Shown: piece by piece, positions 45,741-58,600 of the stretch | Numbering within the stretch: the first letter of the stretch is position 1 | Layout of the letters: each line of letters starts with the position of its first letter | Assembly: GCF_026571515.1 (NCBI RefSeq) | Contig: NW_026862663.1 | Span: forward strand, 868,001 to 932,000 | Length of the DNA stretch: 64,000 nt | Direction of reading: 5' to 3' | From: Ruditapes philippinarum | Lineage: Eukaryota | The notes under the pieces: model-generated | What the model saw: the letters and a program-made list of their open reading frames with translations, nothing else | The model's database searches: none | What the model was told of the DNA's origin: nothing | Program-made: the position numbers and the translations under genes

Positions 45741-47368
45741 GCATTAAGAATTGTGTCATATATCATCTTTACATTGTATCAGATAATTATAATTGTTGTG
45801 GATAACTACATTTTTATTGGGACTTCTTACTGCCTTTTCTGACATTTATCTGTTTACAGTTTGCTTTATAATGACATATCTGGTACCACTGAGCTAATGT
45901 TGATAAAACTTGCCAGGTATGTTCAAATAATTCCATTCCTTGCAGAACTTTAGTTGCACTCTGGTTGCTTTTGCAACAAAACAAAAAAAAAACAACTTTA
46001 AAATACGGTATTAACTGTAAGTAAAAAACCTGTACCATACAGATATGGCATAACTTTGTATATCTCTATCCTTATCATATGAATCATGAACATAAGGTGA
46101 AAATTGTCTCTGTGCTTAACCATTTGTTTTTTCAGAGCATTATGAAAATAAAGGGAGGTAAAAAAAGAAAAGCTAGATAATTTTATAATGGAGTTGTTCA
46201 GGTTTCATTTGAAAAATGGTTTTGGGGGTCTATGAAGTTACATAAAAAGCTTTTAAAAAGTCTCAAGCTCTGAATCTTTTATGTGGCATCTAAAAAAGTT
46301 AAATTAATACCAATAATGTCAGATATGCTCCTGTACTGGGGTTATATTTGTCATAGACTTGTATAAGTAATGGACTTTTGTAGAAAAATGATTTTCAAAG
46401 TCTTTCCAATCTTTTAAGCTTCTTGATATCATGTTAATTTGTATCATTATCTAGGATGTCCCTACTTAGTACTTTTAATATGCGATATCTTTATTTGAGA
46501 ATAAACAATTCATTTTTCAAGCAGATCAATAAAGTACCTGGTAATGATTTTATACTTGTTAGAAAACACAATGATGTTTAGAAAAAAATCAGGGTGATAT
46601 TCACTGTTCCTAACATGTGTATGCTGTAATATTTTGCCAATACTGATAACCCAGAGTCCTTTCACAGCTGATTCAAATGAACTGGAAAATTTGGCAGTTG
46701 GATAAATAGAGTGTAATTGTTCCTACCATTTTTGAAAATTTATATGTTTCGAGTTCTTGGTTGAGAAAACTAAGACTTTAATAAAACTTGGACATAATTG
46801 GTAGACTGACAGAAGACTAACATATAAGATACTTTTGTTAAATGTTTAATTGATATGACCAGCATGATAATGTTTTAACATTTTATAAAGTGAAAATTGA
46901 GACATTGTACAATATCTACTAAAAAGCACGAGTGTTAAATCGTCAGTAATATCAATACAGTGAATACATGTAATTATAATATACCACATTATTCATAATG
47001 GTAATTTGACCAAAAATGGTTTTACGGCTTTACAATAAGTAATGTTTGTGTATAATTGTACTGAACATCTGTTACTTACATCAAACAGAAATGTTCATAT
47101 TATTAAAGCATCATTGATGTACATATATAAAAAAGAATGTTACCACCAACTCTATAATACCTTGTTACTGGCCAGTACATTGCACATGTAGTTATAAACC
47201 AATAATAGCAAAACAGAAATGTATAATTATGATTCATGGATCTAGTTAAATATCTCATCAACTGAACCAGGGACATCTTGTGACTGAATTTTCATTTCTT
47301 ACTGCATTATGATGCCCCATCAAGGAATGTTACTCATATACCATTAAAACATTTATTAACATGTCCTA

Positions 47369-49224
47369 TTTTTTATACGCCCGTTTGAAAAACGGGACGT
47401 ATTATGGGAACGCCCCTGGCGGGCAGGGCGGGCGGGCGGCGTCCAATTTTGTCCGGAGCATATCTCCTACATGTATGGAGGGATTTTAATGAAACTTCAT
47501 AGAAATGTTCACCACTATGAGGAGCAGTGTCGCGCACATGAACCAGGTCTCTTGGTCAAAGGTCAAGGTCACACTTAGAGCTCATTGAAAAATGCTTGTC
47601 CGGAGCAAAACTTCCACATGTATAGAGGGATTTCAATATTACTTGGCACAAATGTTCACCATTGTGAGGCGGAGTGTCGCATGCAAGATTCAGGTCCTTG
47701 CGTCCAAGGTCAAGGTCACACATAGAGGTCAAAGTTCAGATAAAAATATGAAGATGTGTATATGGACCATTTAGTCATCATTTATTGAGGGATTGTAACA
47801 CAAATGGTCATTATCAAGACTATGGCTGTGATACATATAATTTAGGTCAATATATACAAGGTCAAGGTCACTAAAGATGATGAAATATCCAGATTTTGTC
47901 CGGAGCATATCTCCTACACGCATGGAGGGATTTTAATGAAATTTCATAGAAATGTTCACCATTATGAGAAGCCATGTCACGCACATGAACTAGGTCTCTA
48001 GGTCAAAGGTCAAGGTCACACTTAGAGCTCATTGAAAAACGCTTGTCCGGAGCAAAACTTCCACATGCATAGAGGGATTTCAATATAACTTGGCACAAAT
48101 GTTCACCATTGTGAGGCGGAGTGTCGCGCACAAAATTCAGGTCCCTGCAGCCAAGGTCAAGGTCACACATAGAGGTCAAATTTTAGATAAAAATATGAAG
48201 ATGTGTACAGGGACGATTTAATCATCATTTATTGAGGGATTGTAACACAAATGGTCATTATCATGACTACGGCTGTGACACATGTACTTTAGGTCAATAT
48301 ATGCAAGGTCAAGGTCACTAAAGATGGTGAAATATCCAGATTTTGTCTGGAGCATATCTCCTACATGTATGGAAGAATTTTTATAATACTTTATGGAAAT
48401 GTTCACCACCATGATATGTATTGCTCCATGCATGATCCAGGTCTCCAGGTCAAAGGTCAAGGTCACACTTAGAGCTCATTGAAAAACACTTGTCCGGAGC
48501 AAAACTTCTACATTCATAGGGGGATTTCAATATAACTTGGCACAAATGTTCACCATTGTGAGGCTGAGTGTCGCACGCAAAATTCAGATCCCTGCGACCA
48601 AAGTCAAGGTTACACATAGAGGTCAAAGTTCAGATAAAAATTTGAAGATGTGTATAGGGACCATTTAGTCATCATTTATTGATGGATTGTAGCACAAATG
48701 GTAACTATCATGACTACAGGTGTGACACATTTAATTTAGGTTAATATTTTCAAGGTCAAGGTCAGTGGAGATGATTAAATATCCAGATGTTGTCCGGAGC
48801 ATATTTTCTACATGCATGGAGGAATTTTAATGTTACTTTATAGAATTGTTCACCACCATGAGACGTAGTGCCCTGCACATGAACCAAGTCTCTAGGTCAA
48901 AGGTGAAGGTCACAGTTAGAGCAAATAGAAAAACGCTTGTCTGGAGCCAAACTTCTACATGCATAGAGGGATTTCAATATAATTTGGCACAAATGTTCAT
49001 CATTGTGAGGCTGAGTGCCTTGCATAAAATTCAGGTCCCTGCGACCAAGGTCAAGGTCACACATCCTGTGCATATCTTCCCTACTGATTTGTTTTAAGGT
49101 TCATTTAACAACACAGTGCCAAGAATAAAAACTTGCTTGCTAGATAACACTTATCCATAATGCCCCCATCTCCATCTAAAGCTTTCGTAAACGGGCGTAT
49201 TTTGTGACTATGGCACCCTTGTTT
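47369..49224 (-). mobile_element. Helentron/HINE-like element with ~447 bp higher-order tandem repeat
   Basis: Terminal hairpin tttttatacgcccgtttgaaaaacgggacgtat with (gggc)n; other end aaacgggcgtattttg...cttgttt; ttgtccggagcatat recurs at ~47449, 47897, 48343, 48790. Confidence 0.82.
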
Positions 49225-51437
49225 CCTATGTATTTACATGGTGGCAATGAATTCTTTTTCCATGTAATATATGCAGAGTGTGATGTTGATATGGCATGGT
49301 TTTCTGCAGCTCTTTAACAGTATTCTTGTACTAGTATTTATATATCACGTGTAGCCTAAATACATTAACAGCACTACTAAAGTCTATTATTAGCACCCAG
49401 GTTTTGTAAACAAAATTTTATGTTTTTCTGTGTGTCTCCTAAATGTTATTATTTTCGATTTTAAAACAAAAACCCAAAAAAAAGAAAAAAATAAAATGAA
49501 GTAAAAAAAACCCCAACTTTGAACTAAAAGGGTAAAAAATTTTTTCCCTGCTAAAACCAAAATTTTTTGTTTTTAAAACCGGTATAAAACCAGGCGGGAT
49601 GCATTTCCATGAAATTGACCAGGCTTGTACTGTTCCCCTGACTATTTTCATATCCAAATATGATAATTGTTTCTTTTTTAGTTTAAAAGCTTTTAAGACA
49701 CGCAGAATGAGGGAAACAAAAAATATGATATGAAGGGAGTTTTTTAGGAAATACCCAAAAAATAAAATAGAAAATGAAAGAAAGTTTCCACTTCCATTAG
49801 TCCTTTGGAAGGGTTACTTTGATCCCCAAAGGGGGGTTTTGACCAAAAAGGGAAGATATGTTTTACAGCAATTTTTATATAGGAGCAAACAAAAAAAATG
49901 ATAAGAAGATTATGCAAAAATATGAGTATTAAATTATTTTGATATGTTTAGGGACTAAAACAATAATTTTAAAAAAATATGACAGATATGTTCATACAAG
50001 CTTAATAAAAATGTAAAAACAAAATAATTAAAATACTGGAATCACAACTTTAAAAAGCAAAACAAACACAACATATACTGATACTGATAAAATTAAATCT
50101 TGACACATGACAAAAAAATTAAAACTTGACACATGATAAATGAACTAGTTAATACAGAGGTATTACAATATTAATTAGGATGACTTCCATATATATATAT
50201 TCATGTGATGCGAGTGTGCATGTATATGAATAAATCAAGTCATATTTTTACATCACATTTACACCTGTTTGTCAACGTATCCCTATAATTTATATTAATT
50301 AATATTACCCAACACATACAATGTGCAAGCAAACAAATTTAATATTACATAATAAAAATCAATTAAAAATACCTACAAACCTTTACTTGTTACAATATAC
50401 TCTTACTCACTTACAGTATTTAAGTATACTTGCTTTTTAAAAAAAAAGAGTATTAAGAATGATTTGGGGGTCACAAAGTAACGTTAATTATTTGTAACTA
50501 TAAAGTGTTTCAGTATGAATATCTGTAAAACAAAGATGAGTATACTTGCCAAAAACATCTGACAGCAAAAATACAAAATAAACACATTGATCATAAAGCA
50601 CATAATTATCATGTTACACATAAATTAAGCAAAACAAAAATATAGCAAACAACTCTGTGATCATCACTATAAATAAATAAACCCCTGAGTGTCAAAAAAA
50701 AAGAATCAACATACTGGGAGGCCAAATTGAAATACTTCATTTCCAATACTTACACTAAATAAAATTAAGGTGAGCAATTAAAAAGTTCAGATAATCACAT
50801 TGATAGAACTTGAAAGGATGAGAAAAGAAATTGTTTTGCTGTAAAAAAATAGTTTAAAACTTTACCTTAGTATAAAAGGGAGGTAATAGCTAATAGGTTG
50901 GTTTCCCTTGATTTTTTTTTAAGTTACAGAAAAAGTTCTTTGTTAAGATAAAATGACTCATGGAAAAGACATTGTACTGGTATATAGTATCTAGTAAACA
51001 GATTAAATGAAATTTGAGAGCTCACATGATTATCTGAATACAATACAAGTACACTGAAAACGGTGAAATCAGATAATATTTTTAACAATGACTTCATGCA
51101 ACCAAATTTAGAACATATTGATTTACAGAAGTTTGAAAAATATATTATTGTGACAAAGTGGTGAAATACATATTTAATCTATGAATCACAAAATTAAGAA
51201 AATAATCTAATTGACTGGGTGTTACCTGAAAAAATACCCTTTTAGTATACAGACATGTATAGCCATTAGTATATTCAAATGAAAAGGTCTATCTAAATTA
51301 TTGACACCTAAACCAAGAAAATATTCTATATAATTAATCAACAATTCTAAATTGCAAACCACTGACAGATAAACATCATTAACTATATTTCCCTTTAACC
51401 ACAGCTATTTTACAGCCTGAACCCTTCAGTGTTCAAG

Positions 51438-52451
51438 TTATGAAACCTTGCTTTCACAAAGACGTCTTATCTTATTTATTCTAGCTGTTGGTAAAGATCC
51501 AATACTTTTAAACATACTATTTAAAAATTGATGGCAGTGAAGACTTTCCTGACCCACAACAGTTTCCTTGAACAAGTCTGTAACCTGACTAAAATCTGTA
51601 GTCTTTAAAATTCTATCTTTGTTATTGAGAACAATGACTAGAGACGCTCGCATCAAAATCTTTGGCCCTTCATAAAAGAGGCAGTCCCAAATACGCAAGA
51701 CGGTGTCTACTGGTAAGACATCAGCAAATAGACAGATAAACCATTTCATTCCAATAAGGCACCATGATAAACCTTGTGTTTCAAGATGATGGTAAATATC
51801 TGGTGCTTTCCATCTGACAAGTTCACCAAGAACTTCCTGGTCAAGTTTGACAGCATGCATGTCAGGGTGATAATAATCTGGTAAAATATTGTTGATTAAT
51901 GTATCCATAAGCCAGAAAACTTTTTCTTCATAATTGTCCTCACTTTTCATAACAAGCAGCAACAAGCCCACCACAAAATTCATCCCCTGACAGTAACCTA
52001 TTGTCCTGTTTCTGTGTCCTATAGCTATCAAAATATTGAATAAAGGCTTTCTCAAATTTGTAGCAGCTCGAGTGTCCGCAAAATGCTTATTGTCAGGGAA
52101 TGTTCTATGTATATCCATGTTGATGGTATCCACAAGTTCTTTATTATGTTCCATATCGAGCATTTGTTGAAATAGATGAGGATTGCTCTTCATCCTGTCA
52201 TAGGCTCCACTAAGATGCAGCCATGCTGTGGGACGTTCAGCCGATGGAATACCTTTCCTACAAAATCGTTTTACTGTTGCTGATTTGGTGACAGTTGCCT
52301 TGTTTCCGACTACTTGCTGCCACCTACTAGCTCTTCTTGTCAACACAGGAAGGTAAGACGAAGTAAATTCATTGTAAACAGTATGATCAAAATCATTAGG
52401 TCGCACAAACCCGTATCCGTCTTCTTGATTCTCAAATCTTTTCTCCGACAT
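51438..52451 (-). CDS. GRTP1: TBC-domain Rab GTPase-activating protein, GRTP1 (TBC1D6)-like, 337 aa, no coding introns
   Basis: N-terminal DGYGFVRPNDFD...YLPVLTRRASRW typical of GRTP1; catalytic fingers INMDIHRTFP (IxxDxxR) and GYCQGMNF; KWFICLFADVLPVDTVLRIWDCLFYEG. Confidence 0.9.
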   Translation of the reverse strand: MSEKRFENQEDGYGFVRPNDFDHTVYNEFTSSYLPVLTRRASRWQQVVGNKATVTKSATVKRFCRKGIPSAERPTAWLHLSGAYDRMKSNPHLFQQMLDMEHNKELVDTINMDIHRTFPDNKHFADTRAATNLRKPLFNILIAIGHRNRTIGYCQGMNFVVGLLLLVMKSEDNYEEKVFWLMDTLINNILPDYYHPDMHAVKLDQEVLGELVRWKAPDIYHHLETQGLSWCLIGMKWFICLFADVLPVDTVLRIWDCLFYEGPKILMRASLVIVLNNKDRILKTTDFSQVTDLFKETVVGQESLHCHQFLNSMFKSIGSLPTARINKIRRLCESKVS

Positions 52452-52673
52452 TTCTACATTGATTGAATCGTTGTATTAGCATCGGCAGCATCTGTTACCA
52501 TTAGTAAGGCATAACCCCGCCCACAAACCGGTGTATATAGCAATTTTTATGGAATGCAAATATTACGCGAAGTAAATATTTCGGTTGACCTCGGACTTTG
52601 GCGTTAATGATAGCAAGTGCGAGATAAAGCAAACGGACAGGAGAGAATTTCGTGTTTTTGCCTTTTTACACAC

Positions 52674-55600
52674 ATGTAAGGCGGATTCTATCATATTTTT
52701 TTCTAATATTTTTTAATCAATCTAAGAAATGTGTTATTATTCTAAGTTTTTTTTTATTTTTGATGAATTTTGAAAGAAACTTGAATGATGCCAATGATGG
52801 TTGTATCATTGGTTCCCTGTCCTCATAGGTAGATAAGACATTACCTGTAAATTCACAAGAACCAGGCTGCGCTAAAAGTGAATTGCATAAGGACATAAGG
52901 TTAACCGGTTTGTATGAAATGATCTTCATGTGGGACGTTTCTATTCATCTCTGTGTGAATGTCACGCAATTTGATTGCCTTTTTCAAAATGGTCCGTGTA
53001 TATTGGACAAACCAGGCATCGAGTTTATAAAAATTTCCCGAGTTCTGTCTCAAATTTCATATTTTTCACTGGTCAGTGTACATTCAGCAGTTCAGTGGCA
53101 GTTTCTGACCAGTTAAATACCCGAGATCTGAGTTTGATCTTGGAGAATTTCTTTATAACCTATGCTCAAACTTCAAAACATTCAAGGGACATTTTAGTGT
53201 AAATAGAAAAAATCTTTATAGGCCTATAGATCTACATTGTATATCAACTTTAAGCTGTATTTAACATTTATGTCAAATTTGGCCAAAATTAAAAAAGCTC
53301 CATTTCAATCTTGCCATATTTCATATGTTGTCATTATTATTTAATTGATTAAGTCAATATTGTCAGACAATACATGGTAATTAACAGTCTCAGATTTTAG
53401 TGAATGAAAAAACAACAACAACATTTCCCACTATTGCAACACAGCATCATGTATCATGTTAAAAAAACCTGACTAGACCTTGGCAGATATTTTAATTTGA
53501 AGTTAAACTCTAAGATAAACAAATTGTTTCTTTAACATATCAACTGTATCAGTCTGATACAGTTCTGTTGATATGTAAAAAATTACTGGAAATGAGAATC
53601 TGGGGTTGTTTCAAAAATCTAAATTTTTTCCATTGCATGTTAAATATAGAATTCTGCTTAAGCTGTGGAGGGGGCGGTAAATTGCACTTTCCATTACTGT
53701 TTATATACAGGCTCAATCAAACTGAGCCTGCAATATTTTCAATTTTGCTGTGTTAGGCTTTTTAGGAATTCTGTTGAAAATTCTCTATTTTTATTTTAAT
53801 TTTGATAGGTGCGTAAAGTCACACTTGTTTTGTCCAAGCATGAATCTATTCCATAAATGAATGACAAAGTTAGGAAAATATTATCTAAATTCATTCATTT
53901 GACGTTCATTGTCAAGGTCAAGAACATATGATCACAAGTGTTGATTATGTCCACATATGAATCAAATTCTTCCATAATAAAAAAATATGACAATCAAAAT
54001 TTAATAATTTGTCCATGACGGTCAAGGTCATTTAAAGGTCAAGGTCAGTTCAACCTTTTAAAAGTTCTTGTCCAAAATTTTGTTTTGCCAAAACATGAAG
54101 ATAATTAATTTATAAATTACCAAGTTACAGTCATCTATAGCAAAAATTTGTGAAAGTGCAATAATCTAACTGTCGAGGTCAAGGTCATAAAAGAGCAAAG
54201 GTCAATTTGAGTTTGATACACATGAAGGTCTAATCCAAAAGAATGTTGTGTCATAATAATTGTAGTCAATCCATTCATGAAAAACAAAGTTATAGCCACT
54301 TACAGCAAAGGAAGAAAATTTAAATAATTTGACCTTCAAGGTCAAGGTCATTGATAAGTGAAGGTCAAGGTTTATCTGCTGAGCTTGAAGGTCTATCCTA
54401 AAAAGTTATCATGTTTGAAGATTGACGACAATCCATTAAAATTACAAAATTATAGCCACCGTTAGCAAAAATCTGCAAAAAAATAAACATTTGATCTTGA
54501 AGGTTAAGATCATTTATGAATGAAGGTCAAGGAAAGTCTGGTCTACTTGAAGGTCTTTTAAAGGGTTGTTGTGGCCATGTATGAAACCAATACATCTAGA
54601 ACTTAAAACTTACAATCAAGATTAAAGTTTGCAGATGGCAACAAGAATGGCGAACGGCAACGCCGTCATAGCCCTCCCCCCCCCCCCCCCCCCATTTGTG
54701 ATGGCTAGTATATCCATGTTTGATACATCAAGATTTTTGTAAAGCATAGGCTTAGTCTATTAGACTTTGTAGAAGATAACATTGATTTATCTGCAAAGGA
54801 ATTATCATAAATAGATTTTATAAGATATTATCAAAGTCTACCCTGCATAAAATGTAAGTCTAATATACCTTATATAACAACAATAGACTGTACCGGTGAT
54901 CTGTAACAGAATGAGGTACTCTGGGACAGTGTCCAAAAGTGTACTGAATCCACTGTCCCAGAGTACCCAACCCACAGTATATAAACGATTTGAACCCCAA
55001 CCGGATCTTGTGAGAAGATGTGTCAGCCATTTTCTGAAGCTTGACTTATTTAATATATTGGTAATTTATATTGATACTTATGGACGTTAGGTTAGTAAAT
55101 CTTTGTTTATATCGTAGAAGAGAAACTTTATTAAATGTTTAAGTTATGCAAAATATAAATGTTAGCATTAAAGCTATAAAATAATCGAACTTCGCGAACT
55201 GAAACTTCATAGGTGGATAGACCTCATTGAGGAGGAGTGCAGTGCACAAGAATGATAACTCTACCTTGCATGATTTTTGAGTTATTGCCCTTTGTTATTT
55301 TTCAAAATTGATTTTTGTCCAGAGCATAACTCCAAAAGCCTATGAGATATTAACATGAAACTTCATAGGTGCATAGATCTCACTCAGGAGGTGTGCAGTG
55401 CACAAGAATGATAACTCTACCTTTCATAATTTTTGAGTTATTGCCCTTTGTTATTTTTCATACCTAATTTTTCACCTGAGTGGAGCATAACTCAAAAAGT
55501 GTTTGAGATATCAACATGAAATGTCATAGGTGGATAGATCTTATTGAGGAGGAATGTTGTGCGCAAGAATGATAACTCTTCCCTATACAATTTTTGAGTT

Positions 55601-58600
55601 ATTGCCCTTTTTTTTTTCATGCTATTTTGTCCAGAGCTTATCTCAAAAAGTATTTGAGGTATCAACTTGAAACTTCATAGGTGGATAGATTTTACTGAGG
55701 AGGGATGCAGCACACAAGAATGATAACCTACCCTGCATTATTTTTCAGTAATTGCCCTTTGTTATTTTCAGCCATCAGTATTCACATAGGTTTCAAATCT
55801 GTAATCACTATAGCCATCAGTTTTCATTACCAAAAGACCTCTTAAAATGGAATTATTCCGCTCTACTACATATACATTCTTCCAATGAGCAAACACATTC
55901 GGCGGGGGATGGCCATGTTGACATGGCTCTTGTTTAGTTAAACATTGAATTATGATATCGAACTACTAAAATAATCAATAACAAACGATAATTTAGTCAT
56001 CTGCAAAAAATATTGCTGTATTTTGAACATTAAATTAAGAGTTTAACCAAGGAGGTCAATTCCATAAACTGAACGTTACTTGCTGGTGATTGTGAACCCT
56101 ACTTGTGAGTTTACGAATTTTATCTGTACCCTGACTTGTGAGTATTTTAAAAGATTTAATGGAGAGAACGTTTATCATTTAACATATTTATTTGTTTATT
56201 GACAGGCAAAATGGAAGAATTCAGTTGTCTTAATTGCCCCTTTCTCTTAAAAAAAATCGGAAACACTATTGTTCACAATTATGACATAAGAACAAAAGCT
56301 AAAAATAACAATTTCTCAGTTTGACAACAATAACATAAACATTAAAAATTAAAATCATACTCCAAAGACGTAAGAATTGAAAAAAATAAAAGAAGGACTT
56401 TAAAAGCAAATGATATTACATGTACAAAAACAGTAAAAGTTTCAAGACAAGAAGGACTTGAAAAATAATCTTCAATTAAGAAATGTCAAAAAATCAAAAC
56501 GCCTGTTAAAGATGTTCACATATCGACAAAAGATACGTTTTTACTTTTTAGTACAGATGACTAAGAGTTTAAGTTAAAACTTGGAGTCAAAATTATTCCA
56601 CAGATCCCACATTTAAGTTGTGTTTTCAGGGGAATGTTTGTTACACGAAAGCTACTGTCAAGACCCTCAACTACAAATGATTCATCCAAATCCATCTGAA
56701 ATACATGTATATGGCAATTTATAGAAAGGAACTGGATTTATATATATCTTTTGACTTAAGATCACTTATGATAGCCAATGATAAACTTTTCAAGTTGTGT
56801 GAAAAGAAAACTAACAGGTTGTCTTAGACACTGGCAAGACTGTTAACTATTTAAAAATATTAAAGTGGAAATAAACTTGCAAGAGTGAAAACTACCTTTT
56901 ACACATTTAACAACAATATGCAGGAAACTCCTTAAAATGATTTATTATGAGTGATCCTAGTCGCGCATGTAAGAAATAGAAATTCAAGGCATTTATGAGA
57001 ATATAAAACCGTGTCTCAAAAAGCATAATGAAATCAACGGTACGTGTAAAGCTTTCAACATGTTGAAATAAGTAATCCTGTGATGATCTTTCGAGGAGGA
57101 TGGATTGATATGTGGCGTTATATAACGGTCACGTCAAGAATAACAACAATGCAGTTGAACTTAATAGTAGAAACGTTTATAGTACTTGTGTTATATCTTA
57201 GCTTTATATCTTTTCAAAGAAAAATGAATGGTAAATGAAGATAAGATTTGTTGGTTGATAATTCCTGTCAAGAAATAATTTTCTTTCTAATTCGTATTAC
57301 AAGCTACTTCATGCTTGTATTTCCATGGAAAGTGAGAACATGATGAAGGTCCATTCATGTGCAGTATTGGTTACTTATATAGAACTAAAAGATGTGTCAT
57401 GCTCTTGTGACACAATAACTTCATATTCTGCCAGATATAATTTGGAACATAGGACAAAAACAAAAAAAATCATCAAAAGTGACTCGCAAGTTATGGTTCA
57501 GTGAAAACACAAGTAGGGTACAGATCATTAAAATTGTTTTAGCAAAACGGGTACAGTTATCAGAATGTTCGCCTCTATTATTTACTGTGTTTTTATCAAT
57601 ATCCAAAGATATCCACACAAGTGTCTGTGCAGTAAGACAAGTTTAGACAATAAAATTAAGATTCAGATATTAGTTATAGTGAAATAAAACAATTTTAGGC
57701 ATAAATTTGCTTGTGTAATCGGCGTGTGTTGCCATAAACAAAACACGAAGCGAAGAGCAAAGCATTTTATGCGCATTAATTAAAAGAAGCTGGATATAAA
57801 TGTATCTATAAGCAAAGAAAAAATATTTCTTAATATGATTCAAATGTTTATAACCATCTCAGATTAAATGCAGGCCGTCTTAAAAAGTTTTATTGGTCAC
57901 CCCGCCTGTTTGTACTGAACTGATGTTGAGATCTTCTCACAAGATCCGGTTGGGGTACAAATCGTTTATATACTGTGCCAACTACCCCCACAATTTTTAT
58001 GTGACAATAATTTAAAAAGACAACCAAACCAAGATTTATTTCAAATCAGAAAATATAGGCAATGTTTATCACATTATCATTTACTAATATGATACAAATA
58101 AGTATTCAATATGGAAGAATTTGAAAACAATATTTGTCATTTTTAGAATTTCACTTTGAAAGGTGAAAAGTACATTGTACTCACCAGACTGATTTTTACT
58201 CAATTTCCGCCATAAAACTTTTGTAGGGAAAGAAGCTTGACAAGATCAATCATCTGCATGAATCAGGTTTAAATCAAAGAACAAAAGCTATCAAAAAATC
58301 CCATAGTCCCACAGTGCCCAATGTCCCAGAGTACCCCAGTCTCCCCTATATAAAAAGGCTTTGTTGTGGCATATAGTACTAACCAAGGCATTAAAGCCAT
58401 TTGGCAACTTTATTTAACCTTTCAGAAGACTTTTAACTTGTGTTTCTAATTAATGAAGCTTTTGTTGATAAGTATTTTTCATGTTAAACTTGATTATGTG
58501 ATTTCAGGCAGTGGCTTATTGAATATATTGTGGATATCATCACAGTTGTTTTGATGTCACGTTTTTTCCTTGGTGCAGCAGGTGTTGCTGCAGGGGCTGC

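Noticed and set aside
54973-55019. RSS-like (ProtoRAG) terminus, CACAGTA versus heptamer CACAGTG
   Set aside because: No nonamer at 12 or 23 bp spacing, the two TIRs are symmetric, the 5 bp TSD is imperfect, and I see no RAG-like coding sequence.
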